Assembly (NCBI GenBank): GCA_977017645.1
Contig: OZ360225.1
Span: 170,562,001-170,626,000, forward strand
DNA from: Torpedo marmorata
Lineage: Eukaryota
Direction of reading: 5' to 3'
DNA length: 64,000 nt
The notes beneath the pieces are model-generated. The model saw only the letters and a list, made by a program, of their open reading frames with translations. It ran no database searches and was not told where the DNA came from. This document shows, one piece after another, positions 47,801 to 60,742 of this stretch. The translations under genes and the position numbers were made by a program. Position 1 is the first letter of the stretch; every line of letters begins with the position of its first letter.

Positions 47801-50800
47801 TTTTCAATGATCATTTTACATGGAAATGACCCAAATACATCCATTAGATTCCAGCCTGCAACCCATTCTCAAATATTCTTCTCTACACAAATCATTTTAA
47901 CTAGGACAAGATATTAGTCCATTGCAACTAAAGTAGCATATATATAGTTATGACCACCATGTCACAGGAAGAACTTGAGGGTGGCACGGTTAGCGTAGCG
48001 GTTAGCACAAAAGCTGTTACAGCGCCAGTGACCGGGGTTCAAATCCGACGCTGTCTGTAAGGAGTTTGTACGTTCTCCCCATGTCTGCATGGGTTTCCTC
48101 CGGGTGCTCTGGTTTCCTCTCACCCTTCAAAACGTACTGGGATTGTATGTCAATTGGGTGTAATTGGGCGGCATGGACTCGTGGGCTGGGAGGGCCTGTT
48201 ACAGTGCTGTATGTCTAAATTTAAAATAAAATAAAATAAAATATGGCTGATGGGAGATTTGTGGATTTTGCCAAGACACTAAATAATTTTAGTGTAATAT
48301 GTAGGTTTATGCATATGTATGTATACAGATATACACACAAAAATATGGAGACAAGCAAAGAAAATTATTGGTGGACTTTTAGGCAGGTAACAGATAGGCA
48401 GGTTTAAAGAGACAAGGGCAAAAAGCAAGGAAATGAGATGAGTGTAGGTAGGCATCTTGGCCAGCATGGATGAGTTGGGCCAAATGGCTTGTTTCTGTGT
48501 TGTTATAATTCTATTATCGGACAGGCTGAAAAGGAACGATTTACTCACACAAGCAGATGGGTTAATAATTAGGAAATGTAAATGCAAGTTCATAAAAGGA
48601 TTAGAAATTAATCAAAAAAGATTGTTTTACCTAAGGAGTGGCGATGGTTAGGACTTGTTGCTTGGAAGGGTACTGGAGGCAGAAATCTCAGAATATTTAA
48701 AAGATGTCAAATGAGCACCCAATGAGCCACACGTGACTGTGAGCTGAAAAGTGGGATGAACAGTAATAGTTCTGAATAGATCTTTCCCAACTAGCACTGA
48801 AAGAATTGGCCAAGGGGCCTCCTGCCAAGTTATAATTTCTACTGTAAATCACGAAAATCTGCAGACACCGTGGTTGAAGTAAAAACACAAAATGCTGGAG
48901 AAGCTCAGCAGGTCAAACAGTGTCCTTTATGTAGCAAAGGTAAAAATACCGTTGCTACATAAAGGACACTGTTTGACCTGCTGAGCTTCTCCAGCATTTT
49001 GTGTTTTTACTTATAATTTCTACAATTCTATGAATGTCTCTGTCAGCGTCTCGCCTCTGATTCTATTGTTCATGTGATAAATCAATGAATGAGGTGCTTT
49101 TAATGCGGAGAGTTGGATTGATCTTGAATGCAATGCTTGAAGTGTTGTGAAAACAGAATCTGTTGTATCTTTTTTAAATCAAATAATTACTAAACAAAAC
49201 AGTTGTGGAGCTTTGGAGGAAGACAAGCCAGGTGTCACTAATTTTTTTGGCTCATTTGAAGAGGTAGCAGGGGACTGATGGATGTGAAAGGGCCATCCAG
49301 GATTACAATTGACACAATCCTCCCTGTTCCCTCAGTCCTACCTTCTGGTAAAGCTAATATGAGGAAGCATGAGATACCACCAAGCAACAGGAAACATCCT
49401 TGACATTTTTTTCGTCCGAACATCGCCAAGAACCAGATGCAAGAAACCCGGAGGACTTCCACCAATCCAAAGATGAACTGTGTTAAGTAAATGTTCTCGC
49501 CAAAGTTTTCAACACTGAAGCACAATCCATAATACACAAAGCTATTTACAAACCTATGAAACGAAGGAAGAAATTAGATCAATTACTGTCCATCTGCAAC
49601 TCACTTTCAGTATCAATCTGGATGATGTACAATTTTGGTCACACTGTTTAAGAAAGTATAGATTAACATTGGAAACAGTCCAGAAAAGATTAATTCAGCT
49701 AATTTCTATGATTAGAGCATTTTCCTATCACAAATAGCTTTAAAAGAAAGGTAGACTTGTATCCTTTGAGCTTGGAAGAAAGTGAAGGAACACAAGATCC
49801 CAAGGGGTCATGATACGGTCGCTGTTGAGACATGAACGTGGGGTAAAAGTTACAAGATAACTTTAAGATAACGGGTCAGTTATTTCCAACTGGTATATGA
49901 AGGAACTTCTTGCCACAGATAATGATGATGGAAATCTTCACCAGGCTGCATCACTGGAGGTATTTAGAGGGGAATTTAGATCATTTTTTTTGAAAGATCG
50001 GGAATTGAGTGTTATGTGGAAACATTGTATTTTTATTGGGGAAAATGGGAGGGGGGAAGGGATAAACAAAATATGATGGCCATTTTCGATGGGGAGGGTT
50101 GAAGTACATTCTGAAACTAGAAGATTGAAAGCAGTATTTGATATAGGAGTGGGAGGGTGGAGAAGGGAGTGGTAACAAAATTGAAAGGATAACAGCATCA
50201 TTCACATGGTGGGTGGGAGATTCTGGGGATCTGGAATGGGGGGGGGGGTTCAGTTTGCTGAGGGTACAACAAGGATATGGCTGTTTTTTAAAAAAACTTA
50301 CCATGCAATGCATTAAAACCCCATTGTTCCAAATTGCCAAACAATAAGCCCACTGCCCCTCACAAAATGTGGTCCAACATTCCTTGAGATGGGTCAAAAG
50401 GATAATTAAATGTGAATGACATCATCGTGAAAATAATCCTGACGTTGCAATAGTAACTCATAATCGGTAGCAATTGGTCAAAATTCACTAGTGGTGCAAT
50501 TTAACCTGGTAAAAGGTCAGAAGCACGGCACATACTGCATCAAGTCAATTTTCAATTGCAGGACATTTGATGCACTGTTATTTTTCTAAGCATTTTGTGT
50601 TATAAAAGGTTATAAAACAGTCATTGTTTGTAATCTCACCCATTAAATATATAGAACTGGGACATTGCTGTTACATTGCATAGTAATATAAATTAATGAA
50701 GAATTTAATATTACCAAATGAAAGTCAAAACCAACATAACTCTTCGCAGACTTGATATCCTAAAAAGATTCCAGATGGTGATCTGCTGGATTTCTTTATT

Positions 50801-53800
50801 AATGACAACCTTGAATGTAAATACAGAAATGTTAGGTTCCTAACATCTATGAACTCAAAATGCTTGGCTGGCTTGTGTGCAAATAAATATATCCTATCCA
50901 AAAATAATTGAACCTTTCTACTTCCCCTCAATTCACATCTTCTCTGGTTAGGTTCTAACTTCAGCAATGTAACACAGCATTTTCCCACTAATCAGGCAAA
51001 TTACTCCACCCATTACATATGGAATTCTCTCACTAAATATTGGATGATGTGAAACAGGAACTAAAGGTGTTCTTGGACACATTTACCCATCTATCCTTGT
51101 TAATTGCAGAGGAACAATTTATTTCCACTCAATACAGCTCTGCCATTCCCATTCCAATCTTGATTGCAACCACCTTGAAAGAAAACCCGAAAGTACTCAC
51201 TACATCACCCAACATCTTAAAGAGAGAATATGTTACTTGAATTGATACACCTTCATTAACATGAAGCCTACAAATCTTCTTCCCCTCTCTTGCTTTCTCC
51301 CCTCTCTATTACAGTGGACTGCAATTTCCAACACTGATACGATCCACTGCATTTAAGCATCTCTCCAAATATGAAATACAAATTAGAAAGACGAGATTCT
51401 GTTTAACTTTTACAACCTCTTCACAGCCACAAACATACCTTGTCAAGAACAGTGACTGTTTGATCTATGGGAAAATCAGGATGCCTCTTGTGTAGAATAA
51501 TAAAATCAAAAAAGACTGACTGATTAGTTATTAAATACCAGTGGTGGAGAGATATGTACATTGTACAATGTATATAGCAATAAACTCATTACTATTATTG
51601 TACGTCCAGCAATCCCCCTACTAATTAACCAATAACGCCACAGGATCTGTTTTATCAACCAAATCAGGCAGAGGGGGACACCAGTTTACTCTGTATCTGA
51701 AAGATAACATCTCAAACAATGCAACAGCTCATTAAGTAATCAAGGAGGAGCTGGAGGGAGTCAGAGGAAGTCAGCAGGTCAGACAGTGTCCATGGAGAGA
51801 AATGGACAGATAATGTTTCAGACTGGGACCTTCGCCTGACCCAAGTCCCTACAGCTCCTCTTTGTTTGCTTCAGATTCCAGCAACTGCAGTTCTTGCGTT
51901 TCTACAATGTTTCCTTGCACTGAAATATCAGACTGTTGCTCTCAAACCCCTTGTAGTTAACTTAAAATCTCAATCATAGATAGGATAGGGCGGCACAGTT
52001 AGCGTAGCAGTTAGTGCAACTCTGTTACAGCGCCAGCGACCCGGGTTCGAATCCAGCGCTGTCTGCAAGAAGTTTGTACATTCTCCCCATGTCTGTGTGA
52101 GTTTCCTCCAGGTGCTCTGGTTTCGTCCCAGCCTTCAAAACATATGGGAGTTGTAGGTTAATTTGGTGGCATGGACTCGAGGGCTGAAAGGGCCTGTTAC
52201 CATGCTGTATGTATAAAAAAAAGACTTAAACATGAGAGATTGAGGCCCTGACATGATCAAAGCTCATCTTCTTTATATTTCAGTTGTATAGCAGGTTAGT
52301 GTTTTTGTCCTTTGAGCACAGGCTTCCTTTCTGACATTGGTTGCCAACGTGCAACAACCAATAACAAAGTATTCACCAAGCGTACTGAAACATTCTCAAA
52401 GACAGGAAGTAAAAAGGCCAGTCTTAACTTAACATTTTAATCATTTTACTAGGTGCAAAGTTAAAATCCTAACATAGAAATGAGATTAAGGAAGAAGGTG
52501 AAATTTGAATATTAAGAAATCCATTATATTTTGAAATATTTGAAAAAAAATCCACGTTAAATATCTTTTTTCTCCAAGAGCCCATGGCAAGCCATTACAA
52601 ACTCACACCTCGTGTAGCAAACCATACCATAAACTTTAGCGAGAATAGTTCATAAATACCTGAAGCCCTCAAGATTCCATAGACTTAATGTTGCAGAACA
52701 GTGCACCCTATGAAACAGCAATTAATCACTAATGGCTACTTCTGGATCTCCCTGTTTAACTGCACGAGTACAAACACCAAAAATTGCAATCAAATTTATG
52801 GTGTGTAACTGATGAACTCTGATAGTTTCATCATCACAGGACGACACAGTTAGCGCAAAGCTATTACAGTGCTAGCGACCAGGGTGCGAATCCGGTCTTG
52901 TCCTGTGAGGAGTTTGTACGTTCTTCCTGTGTCTGTATGGGTTTTCCCATGGTTCTCCAGTTTCCTCCCATGTTCCAAAGACATACAAGGTTGGGAAGCT
53001 AATAGGGTGTAGGCACATGGGCCGGAAGGACCTGTTACTATGCTGTATCTCTAAATTAAAATAAAAAATAATTAAAATAATTAAATTAAGTTAAAAACTA
53101 AAATTAAACTCAATCACAGTTCCAAATCTGGTGTGTGGTGTGGTCTGTTTAGGTGATGAGATTATTGCATCCTACAACAATAAAATGCACACAAAAAATA
53201 AATTCAGAACCTTTAACATATTAAAATTACTGTATTTGATGGCATATAAGACCCCCCATTTTTCCCAAAAAAATCATCTCAAAAACCACCCCGGGACATA
53301 TACGCGAAGGTGATATTTTGGTGCCGCCATTTTGGGCACCGAGTGGAGTCCAGGAAGTGGGCCCGCAGCTTCGCGAACCACCTTCCCTTAGGTGGCCCGT
53401 GCTTTCCGGAGTCGCCGCCGCTGCTCACTTCCCCCAGTAAGAAGGCTCGCTCTCTCCCTCCTTCCCGCTCACTTGCCCGCTCTCTCCCTCCCATTCGCTC
53501 TCCCCGCCCGCTCGCTCTCGCCCGCTCTCTCCCCGCCTGCTCTCTCCCTACCCGCTTGCTCTCCCCGCCTGCTTCCTCGTTCGCTCTCCCTGCCCGCCCA
53601 CTCGCTCCTCACCCGTTCGCTCTCACCAACAGTGCTTTGAGGGGAGCGCTGGGCATCGATGATCAGCCTTTGTTCGACGAGCACGGACCCTCGAGCAAAT
53701 TGAATGAGTCGCGGGGGCGGGTGGCAGTGAGTGAGTGGCCTGTCAAGCTCAGCTCAACAGGCCGCCCGCTCGTTCACTGCCACCCGCCCCCGCGCCTCAT

Positions 53801-55029
53801 TCAATCTGTTCGGGGGGCCGTGCGTGTCGAACAAAGGCTCAGCGTGGAGCCTGATCACTGAGGCCCAGCGCTCCCCACAAAGCAAGCGATCGATTGTCTG
53901 CCTCCCGTGACAGTGGGCCTGGGCCCTGCCCATTGTCTTGGCTTCTCTCCCTCCCACCCTCGCACGCCCGCAGGTCCCGGCACACCTGTCAATCAATTAG
54001 CGTTTGGACGGTGGGGGGGAAGCAGACTGAGCCTCGGCGTGCGGCGGGCAGGAGGACGTGTTGCTGCTGTGAAGGTAAATACATTAAAACAAATTTTTCC
54101 TGAAATCTCATGCTAAAAATGGGGGGGGGTCCTATATGCCCGTGGGTCCTACATGCTGTCAAATACGGTACTCAAAATACTTTACATAGACATAAAATTT
54201 GGCATCAGGACTTATGATTATGAAATGATGAAACATAAAGAAGAAAAGGATGATAAATGGTATAAAATTTATGGAGAAATTTGCAGAGCTTGGGGCTGTG
54301 GTATTTGAAGATTCAGAGCTGGCTGATTAACATCTGTGATGCTCAAGAAGCCAACATTTGAAGCAAAACTTTGAGTTGAAGATTGCAGAGAGAGAGGGAG
54401 GAATGAGATTATGAATGAATCTTCAAACAAGTGTAGGGATTTTAAAATTGGGGGGCGATTTGGAGAATAACATCAACATAAAGCATAGGGAGATGCAGGT
54501 TTTTCTCAGAGAGAGTGGTGGGTGCATGGAATTTGCTGCCGGTAACAATGGTGGAGGCGGGTGAAACAGGATCTTTCATAGACTATTGGACAGGTACATG
54601 GAACTGAGAAAAATGGAGAGTTATGCAGTAGGGAAATTCTAGGAAGTTGTTAGAATAGGTTATTAGGTCAGCACAACACTGTGGGCTGACCGGCCTGTAT
54701 GTTCTAAAATCTTTATTATTTAAATTTAAGACTTGATTATCATTCATATCATAAACATCAAAAATTGTGCTTTTGCATTGTGAAGATGAAATGAATTGAA
54801 TGTCAAATTATTAATTTGCCTTAATTTTTGCTTTATAATACATTCAACTGAACATTATAATCATAGTTTATAAAAAGTTCATTGTCTTTAAACCCCTGTC
54901 ACAAATACCTTGTCAATCAATGATTCATGTAGTACTCTTTTGTTCACTCTCGCTGCAGTCTTAAGGTACTTCTTGGCTGCTTCTTTTTTTCCTTTCATTA
55001 CAAGCCATCTTGCAGACTCTGGAAGCAAC
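44742..55029 (-). CDS. SLC22A13: SLC22 family organic anion/cation transporter (SLC22A13-like), 3' part: six coding exons; no upstream exon found, probably right of the window
   Basis: Exons 55029-54909, 50809-50715, 49553-49342, 47082-46974, 45769-45560 and 44847-44742 join in frame with GT-AG introns. They give the SLC22/MFS motifs LPESARWL, YYGL, FGRK, ELFPTVIRQ and LLPET. The paralog assignment rests on motif style and known proximity of SLC22A13/14 to XIRP1, so it is tentative. Confidence 0.75.
44935..45350. mobile_element. Penelope pseudo-LTR fragments in the last SLC22 intron
   Basis: gtgctggagaaactcagcagg / cctgctgagtttctccagcac inverted pair, plus an older copy containing cctgatgaaggg..gaaac. 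Confidence 0.75.
45560..45769 (-). CDS. SLC22 exon (QSAIGLVSMIARLGGIIVP...LLLPETANEELPE...)
   Basis: Acceptor atgcag|G and donor AAG|gttagt; 210 bp; last transmembrane segments and PET motif. Confidence 0.92.
46974..47082 (-). CDS. SLC22 exon (GMSIEVTVLAVLAKLSFSCSFTVTYVYSTELFPTVIR)
   Basis: Acceptor tttcag|GA and donor CAG|gtatga; 109 bp; ELFPT signature. Confidence 0.92.
47170..47405 (-). mobile_element. HE1/V-type SINE
   Basis: Reverse complement of the SINE consensus. Confidence 0.88.
47980..48240 (+). mobile_element. HE1/V-type SINE
   Basis: Full consensus with (aaaat)n tail. Confidence 0.88.
48843..49010. mobile_element. Penelope-terminus fold-back (hairpin) insertion, 13-bp TSD
   Basis: Inverted arms of about 60 bp around a short aaaa loop; TSD ttataatttctac at 48830-48842 and 49011-49023. 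Confidence 0.88.
49342..49553 (-). CDS. SLC22 exon (FVNSFVYYGLCFSVENFGENIYLTQFIFGLVE...FGRKK...LALPE)
   Basis: Acceptor ttcatag|G and donor GAAG|gtagga; 212 bp; typical SLC22 transmembrane region. Confidence 0.92.
50715..50809 (-). CDS. SLC22 exon (VVINKEIQQITIWNLFRISSLRRVMLVLTFIW)
   Basis: Acceptor ttcaag|GTT and donor TG|gtaata; 95 bp; phases match both neighbouring exons. Confidence 0.85.
51988..52220 (+). mobile_element. HE1/V-type SINE
   Basis: SINE consensus. Confidence 0.85.
52840..53060 (+). mobile_element. HE1/V-type SINE (older)
   Basis: Degenerate SINE consensus with an AT-rich tail. Confidence 0.75.
53230..54168. mobile_element. Non-autonomous Tc1/mariner (Tc2-like) element with GC-rich interior
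   Basis: ta|ctgtatttgatggcatataagaccc ... gggtcctacatgctgtcaaatacgg|ta imperfect TIRs with TA TSD. Confidence 0.75.
54909..55029 (-). CDS. SLC22 exon (LLPESARWLVMKGKKEAAKKYLKTAARVNKRVLHESLIDK)
   Basis: Acceptor ccttag|G and donor AAG|gtattt on the - strand; 121 bp; PESARW motif. Confidence 0.9.
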
Positions 55030-55194
55030 CTAAGGTGATGTAACAAATTTAAGCAATTGAATATCAGAGATGAATACTAACATGTTTACAACATATAAGC
55101 CTATTTTAAAGTTTTATGCTTGTATCTTACTGTGTGGCTGGAATAGAACACCATTGTAAATATTGTTAAAGCAAATACAAGATGTATTAAAAAT

Positions 55195-55680
55195 TCAAAG
55201 TTCAAAATTTATTGTCAGAAAAACATGCATGACATCGCATACAACCCTGAGATCCTTTTTCCTGTGGGCCAAGCAGAATTTCTAAGTTACCAGTAACTGT
55301 AAACTGTACTCAAGAAGAAAGAAATGTATACAAAAAAAATAAACTGACTGGACATACAGAAATATAAATATTCAGTAATAAATAATGAGCAAAGAAAGAG
55401 TCCTTCAATTAGTCTTTAACTGAGTCTGTTATTCAGGAGTCTGATAGTTGAGGGGTGGAAACTATTCCTGAACCTGGAGGTTCAAGTCCTGTGGCACCTG
55501 TACCTCCTTTCTGATGGCAGCAGCGAGAACAGAGCATGTCCTGGGTTGTGTGGATCCTTGATGATTGTTGCTGCTTTCCGACGGCAATGTTCTATGTAGA
55601 TATTCTTGATGGTGGGGAGAGTTTTGCCTGTGATGTACAGGGCTGTGTCCACTACCTTTTGCAGGGCTTTCTGCATTGAA
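55195..55680 (-). mobile_element. Rex1/Babar LINE 3' fragment
   Basis: KALQKVVDTA..KAATIIKDPHNPGHALFSLLPS; tail aataaattttgaactttga. Confidence 0.8.
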
Positions 55681-56179
55681 CTCGATTAAAGTAATGTGAG
55701 ATTGAAAAGCAAATATACTGATTAGTTTAATCAAGTATAACGTTAACTGCTTAGAATGTTCCAAGCAGAATAATGTTTAAAACTGCAGAACAGGTAAAAC
55801 AGGGCATTAATTTGGACTGTGTTATATTGAAAGCACACAGATTCTGTGCATAACAAGTATGTTAAACCTACCAGGAACAAGCAAAGGTGACTCAGAACAG
55901 AGTACATTAGAGAAAAGCAAAGGAAGGGTTTAAATATTTAAAGAGCCATGTTAATAAAGCAGTGTCAGAGCAGAAAAAGATTATAAGAAATGACCCAGTC
56001 TGTAAAAGGGACAGGGCTAATAATAAATGAAACAAAAAGTGTACTTATGAAAGGAAAAGGGTTGTGATTGCTCTAGAAATTGTTAATTACATACAAGAAC
56101 AAAGAGCAAGCATGCACCAAATACAGGGATCAGGGACAGAAAAAGAAAGCACCACGTGAAGGAAGAAAATCTGCAGCCA

Positions 56180-56990
56180 ACAGCACTTCTAAGGTCATTA
56201 CATTGAGCACGGGGGCTCCCCAGGGCTGTGTGCTTAGTCCATTGCTGTTCACCCTGCTGACTCATGACTGTGCAGCAAAACACAGCTCGAATCACATCAT
56301 AAAGTTCGCTGATGATACAACCGTGGTGGGCCTTATCAGTAAGAACGATGAGTCAGCATACAGAGATGAGGTGCAGTCGCTAATGGAATGGTGCGGAAAC
56401 AACAACCTGCAGCTGAACGTAAACAAAACAAAAGAGTTGGTTGTCGACTTCAGAAGGGCCCGGGGGGATCATTCTCCATTGACCATGGACGGCTCTACCG
56501 TTGAGGTCATAAAGAGTACCAAGTTTCTTGGAGTGCACTTGGCGGAGAGTCTCAGCTGGTCCCTAAACACCAGTTCCATAGTCAAGAAAGCCCAGCAGCG
56601 TCTTTACTTCCTGCGAAGACTGAGGAAAGTTCATCTCCCACCCCCTATCCTTACTACATTCTACAGGGGATGTATTGAGAGTATTCTGAGCAATTGCATC
56701 ACCACTTGGTTTGGTAACTGTACCACCTCGGACCGAATGACCCTGCAGAGGATAGTGAGGGCAGTGGAGAAAATTATTGGAGTCTGTCCAGACTGTGCAA
56801 CAGTTTTTTCCCCCAAGCCATCAGGCTCCTCAATTCCTAGATATATATGTGTATTAGCATTCTATAGTTTTTTCTATTGTATTATGATATTTATGTACAT
56901 CTGCCCATGGTCCTGGAGAAACGCTATCTCGTCTTACTGTGTAGTGTATATGGTAATGAACGACAATTAAAGGTGACTTGACTTGACTCT
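56180..56990 (+). mobile_element. Rex1/Babar LINE fragment (RT domain, internally deleted)
   Basis: [38 protein letters not shown]; tail (gactt)n. Confidence 0.9.
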
Positions 56991-56999
56991 GACAGCCAC

Positions 57000-57470
57000 A
57001 ATAGTGGCCACTCATTTCAATTCCCCATCCCATTCCCTTGCTGACATGTCTGTCCATGGTCTCATGCACTGCCAGACTGAGACCACCCGCAAATTGGAGG
57101 AACAACACCTCATCTTCCGACTGGGCACCCTCCAACCGGATGGCATGAATATAGACTTCTCTGGCTTTAGTTTAACCCCCCCCCCCCCGTCACTTCTTCC
57201 CCCAGCTCTGTTTCTCTCCCTTTTCCCTCTCTCCATTCGCACAAACATAATCAATTCTCACCTCTCCCTTATCATATCCAATTAACACCTTTTGTTGGTC
57301 TGGATTCCTCCCCCAGCCAGCATTGTCTGTATTCTGAGATTTGCTGTTTTTTGCTCATTCTGCTTATTCCTTGAAGAAGGGCTCAGGCCCGAAATGTTGG
57401 CAATATATATTTGTCTCCTATGGACACTGAAAGACCAGCTGAATTCCTCCAGCATTTCGGTGTGTTTTTA
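57000..57470 (+). mobile_element. Penelope-like element 3' end (GIY-YIG C-terminus plus pseudo-LTR)
   Basis: VATHFNSPSHS..RKLEEQHLIFRLGTLQPDGMNIDF followed by cttgaagaagggctcaggcccgaaa. Confidence 0.85.
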
Positions 57471-59484
57471 CAGCAGGAGGGAAGGAGACATATGCCACAG
57501 TTATTAGAGGACAAGCCTTCAATGTGTCAAGGAACATACACAGACCATTTCTTAAATATTTTTCTTTGTACTGCAAATTACTCAATAAATCTTTTGTTTA
57601 TGACCAATATTTATTTATGTACCTGTACAATATTTATTTCTGTAGGCCTGATTTGTTGCAGCCCCGAGTTAAGTTTAAAGTAAATTCTTGAAAATAAAAC
57701 AATGAATGGGCAAACTTTACACACCAACTCCATAGAGTGAGCTTTCCTCCCAACACATGCTAATTTTAAAATATTGAACAAGGGAAAAAAAAGACTCTTG
57801 GATGGCTGCAGGAATGGGACAGAGCTGATTGCAGAGGAAGGAGAGTCAACGTCAATTTCATGCCAGTCAATGTCAACGTCAAGCCAGTGACATTGCTTTT
57901 CGTATCATTATTATAATGGTAACAATGGAAAATATGGTCATCCAGTTATTATCAGCTATTTCGCTTTTTGAGGCCCTTTTCACTGCATCGGTCCAAATTC
58001 GGTACAAAATATATGATTCTCCTTGGATGTGTTATATGATTGCAGTTGTTGATGTGACAAATCACTTCTGGTGTGGTTCCACTTGATTCAAAGTGTGTTT
58101 TGTTCCAAGATTCTGTCAATAGTTCTGGTGAAAAACATAAAAGGGTTGACTGCATTTTTTCACTGGAAACCATTTGGAATAGATTGCAATCCAGCTCAGG
58201 AGGTCTGATGGTGGATGGCCTTGACTGAATGCAGGCTGTCAGTTACTCGTTTACCTCAGTGGACAAGAGCTGCGTATGGTGGCTGGCAGGGAGGAGGGGG
58301 TGGATCAAAATTGTGATTGCTGCCGTTTGCGAATGGGACCGAAGGAAGACAAGTTGATGCTGAGTGATTTCCAGGAAGATGGATAGGTGGGGCTTATGAC
58401 TGGATAAACTCTGAACCAAGAGGGAGAAGAAAATGTCTGGAAATGCATGGAATACTTAGAGGAATATTTTTGCTCTATTAAGGAGAGTTATCTTTAAACC
58501 ATCGTCAGAGTGGGCTGAGTCAGAGTGGTAAGACTTTGGCTCAAGAGACTTCGGCGAGAACAGGTAAGAGGCGAGGGATATTAGGAGTTGAATTAAGAAA
58601 GGGTCACCCTATTCAAGGAACAAAAAGGATTCAGCAGGTAGGCACAGGTAAGGGCGGGTTTTAGATAGCATATTTTTTTCCTCTAGACATAAACAGTGGG
58701 AATGGCAGCCAAAGCAGAGGAATGCTCCTCCTGCAGAATGTGGGTCGTCAGGGAAGCCAGCAGTATCCCTGATGACTTCAACTGCAAGAAGTGCATCCAG
58801 CTGCAGCTCCTGACAAGCCGAGTTAAGCAATTAGAGCTGGAGTTGGATGAACTCCGGATTATTCGGGTGGCAGAGGGGATGAAAGACAGGAGTTACAGGG
58901 ACACTATCAAACGTAGGAGGCAGGAGGAGGGTAGATGAGTGATAGTCAGAGAGGGAAAGGGAACAGGCAGACAAATGAGGTACTTGAGGAGTATAAAAAT
59001 GCAAGAAAAATCTCATGAAAGAAATCAGGAAGGCTAAAAGAAGACATGAGGTTGCTTTGGCAGACAATGTGAAGGGTTTCTACAGGTATATTAAGAGCAA
59101 AAGGATAGTAAGGGACAAAATTGGTCCCCTTGAAGCTCAGTGGTCGGCTTTGTATGGAGCCAAAAGAGATGGGGGAGATCTTAAATGACTTTTTTTCATC
59201 AGTATTCACTCAGGAAACTGGAACAGAGCTGTGGGAAGTAATGAAAACAAGCAGTGATGACATGGAACCTATACAGATTAAAGAGGAGCAAGTGCTTTCT
59301 GGCAAATGAGGGTGGATAAATCCCCAGGGCCTGACAATATACTCCCTCGGACCTTGAGGGAAGCTAGTGTAGAAATTGCAGGGGCTCTGGCATAAATATT
59401 TAATATGTCCTTAGCCACAGGTGTGGTGCTGGAGGATTGGAGGGTAGCTCACGTTGTTCCGTTGTTTAAAGAAGGCTCCAAAAG

Positions 59485-59800
59485 CCCATATATAAAAACT
59501 GTTGGTTTAAGGGTTTGAAGATCTCTGGATATCAGATCTGACTGGCGAACCTGTGGTCCACAATAAAATTAGCTTATAGTTGTTCTTTTCAGATTGACAT
59601 TCTCCTTACTTTATCTTTTTCTTTCTTTCTTTCTTTCTTTCTTTTTATTTTTAATTTTATTAGAATAGTAAGGGTGGGAGGGGAGGGAGGGGGGGTGAAA
59701 ATATATCACATGTATTTTGATAATTTTGCATTTTATAACATGTATTATCGAGTGATTTAAAATTTTAAATAAAATATTTAAAAAAATAAAATTTTAAAAT
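59485..59800 (+). mobile_element. L1-clade 3' end inserted in CR1
   Basis: 16-bp TSD aagaaggctccaaaag (59469-59484, 59801-59816); PYIKTVGLRV* end; A-rich tail. Confidence 0.75.
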
Positions 59801-60619
59801 AAGAAGGCTCCAAAAGTAACCCTGGAAATTATAGGCTGGTGAGCCTGACACCAGTAGTAGTTAGATTATTGGAAGGTGTTCTAAGAGATCGGATATACGA
59901 TTACTTGGATAGCCAGAAACTGATTAGGTATAGTCAACATGGCTTTCTGCGTGGTAGGTCATGTTTAACCAATCTGAAAAGAGTTTTTCGAGGATGTTAC
60001 CAGGAAAGATGACGAAGGAAAGGCTGTGGATGCTGTCTACATGGACTTTAGTAAGGCCTTTGACAAGGTCCCACAAGGGAGGTTAGTCAGAAGGGTTCAG
60101 ACGCTAGGTATTCATGGTGAAGTAATGAACTGGTTTCGACAATAGCTGGATGGGAGAAGCCAGAGAGTAATGGTGGAGGATTGCTTCTCAGACTGGAGGC
60201 CTGTGACTAGTGGTGTGCCTCAGGGATTGGTGCTGGGACCATCGTTGTTTGTCATCTATATCAATGATCTGGATGATAATGTAATAAGTTGAATCAGCAA
60301 GTTTGCAGGTGACACTAAAATTGGAGGCATTGTGGACAGCGAAGAAGGTTTTCAAAACTTGCAGAGGGATCTGGACCAGCTGTAAAAATGGGCTGAAAAA
60401 TGGCGGATGGAATTTAATGCAGACAAGTGTGAGGTGTTGCATTTTGGAAGGGCAAACCAAGAAAGGACATACATGGTAAATGCTCAGGCACTGAAGATTG
60501 TGGTAGAACAGAGGGATCTGGGAATATAGATACATAATTCCCTGAAAGTGGCGTTACAGGTGGATAGCGTTGTAAAGAGAGCTTTTGGCATATTGGCCTT
60601 CATAAATCAAAGTATTGAG

Positions 60620-60742
60620 CCCGAAACGTCGGTTATGTATTTCTACCTTTGCTACATAAAAGACACTGTTTGACCTGCTGAGTTTCTCCAGCATTTGTGT
60701 TTTTTACTTCAACCACGGTGTCTACAGATTTTCGTGTTTTAC
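60620..60742 (+). mobile_element. Penelope terminus fragment inserted in CR1
   Basis: Almost identical to 4407-4528; 7-bp TSD tattgag. Confidence 0.88.

Noticed and set aside
53310-54116. GC-rich ORFs or CpG island as a gene promoter
   Set aside because: Low-complexity interior of a TIR-bounded transposon; the ORFs result from stop-poor GC composition.
56080-56970. 296-aa ORF as a host gene
   Set aside because: It is a Rex1/Babar RT fragment read through from flanking DNA.
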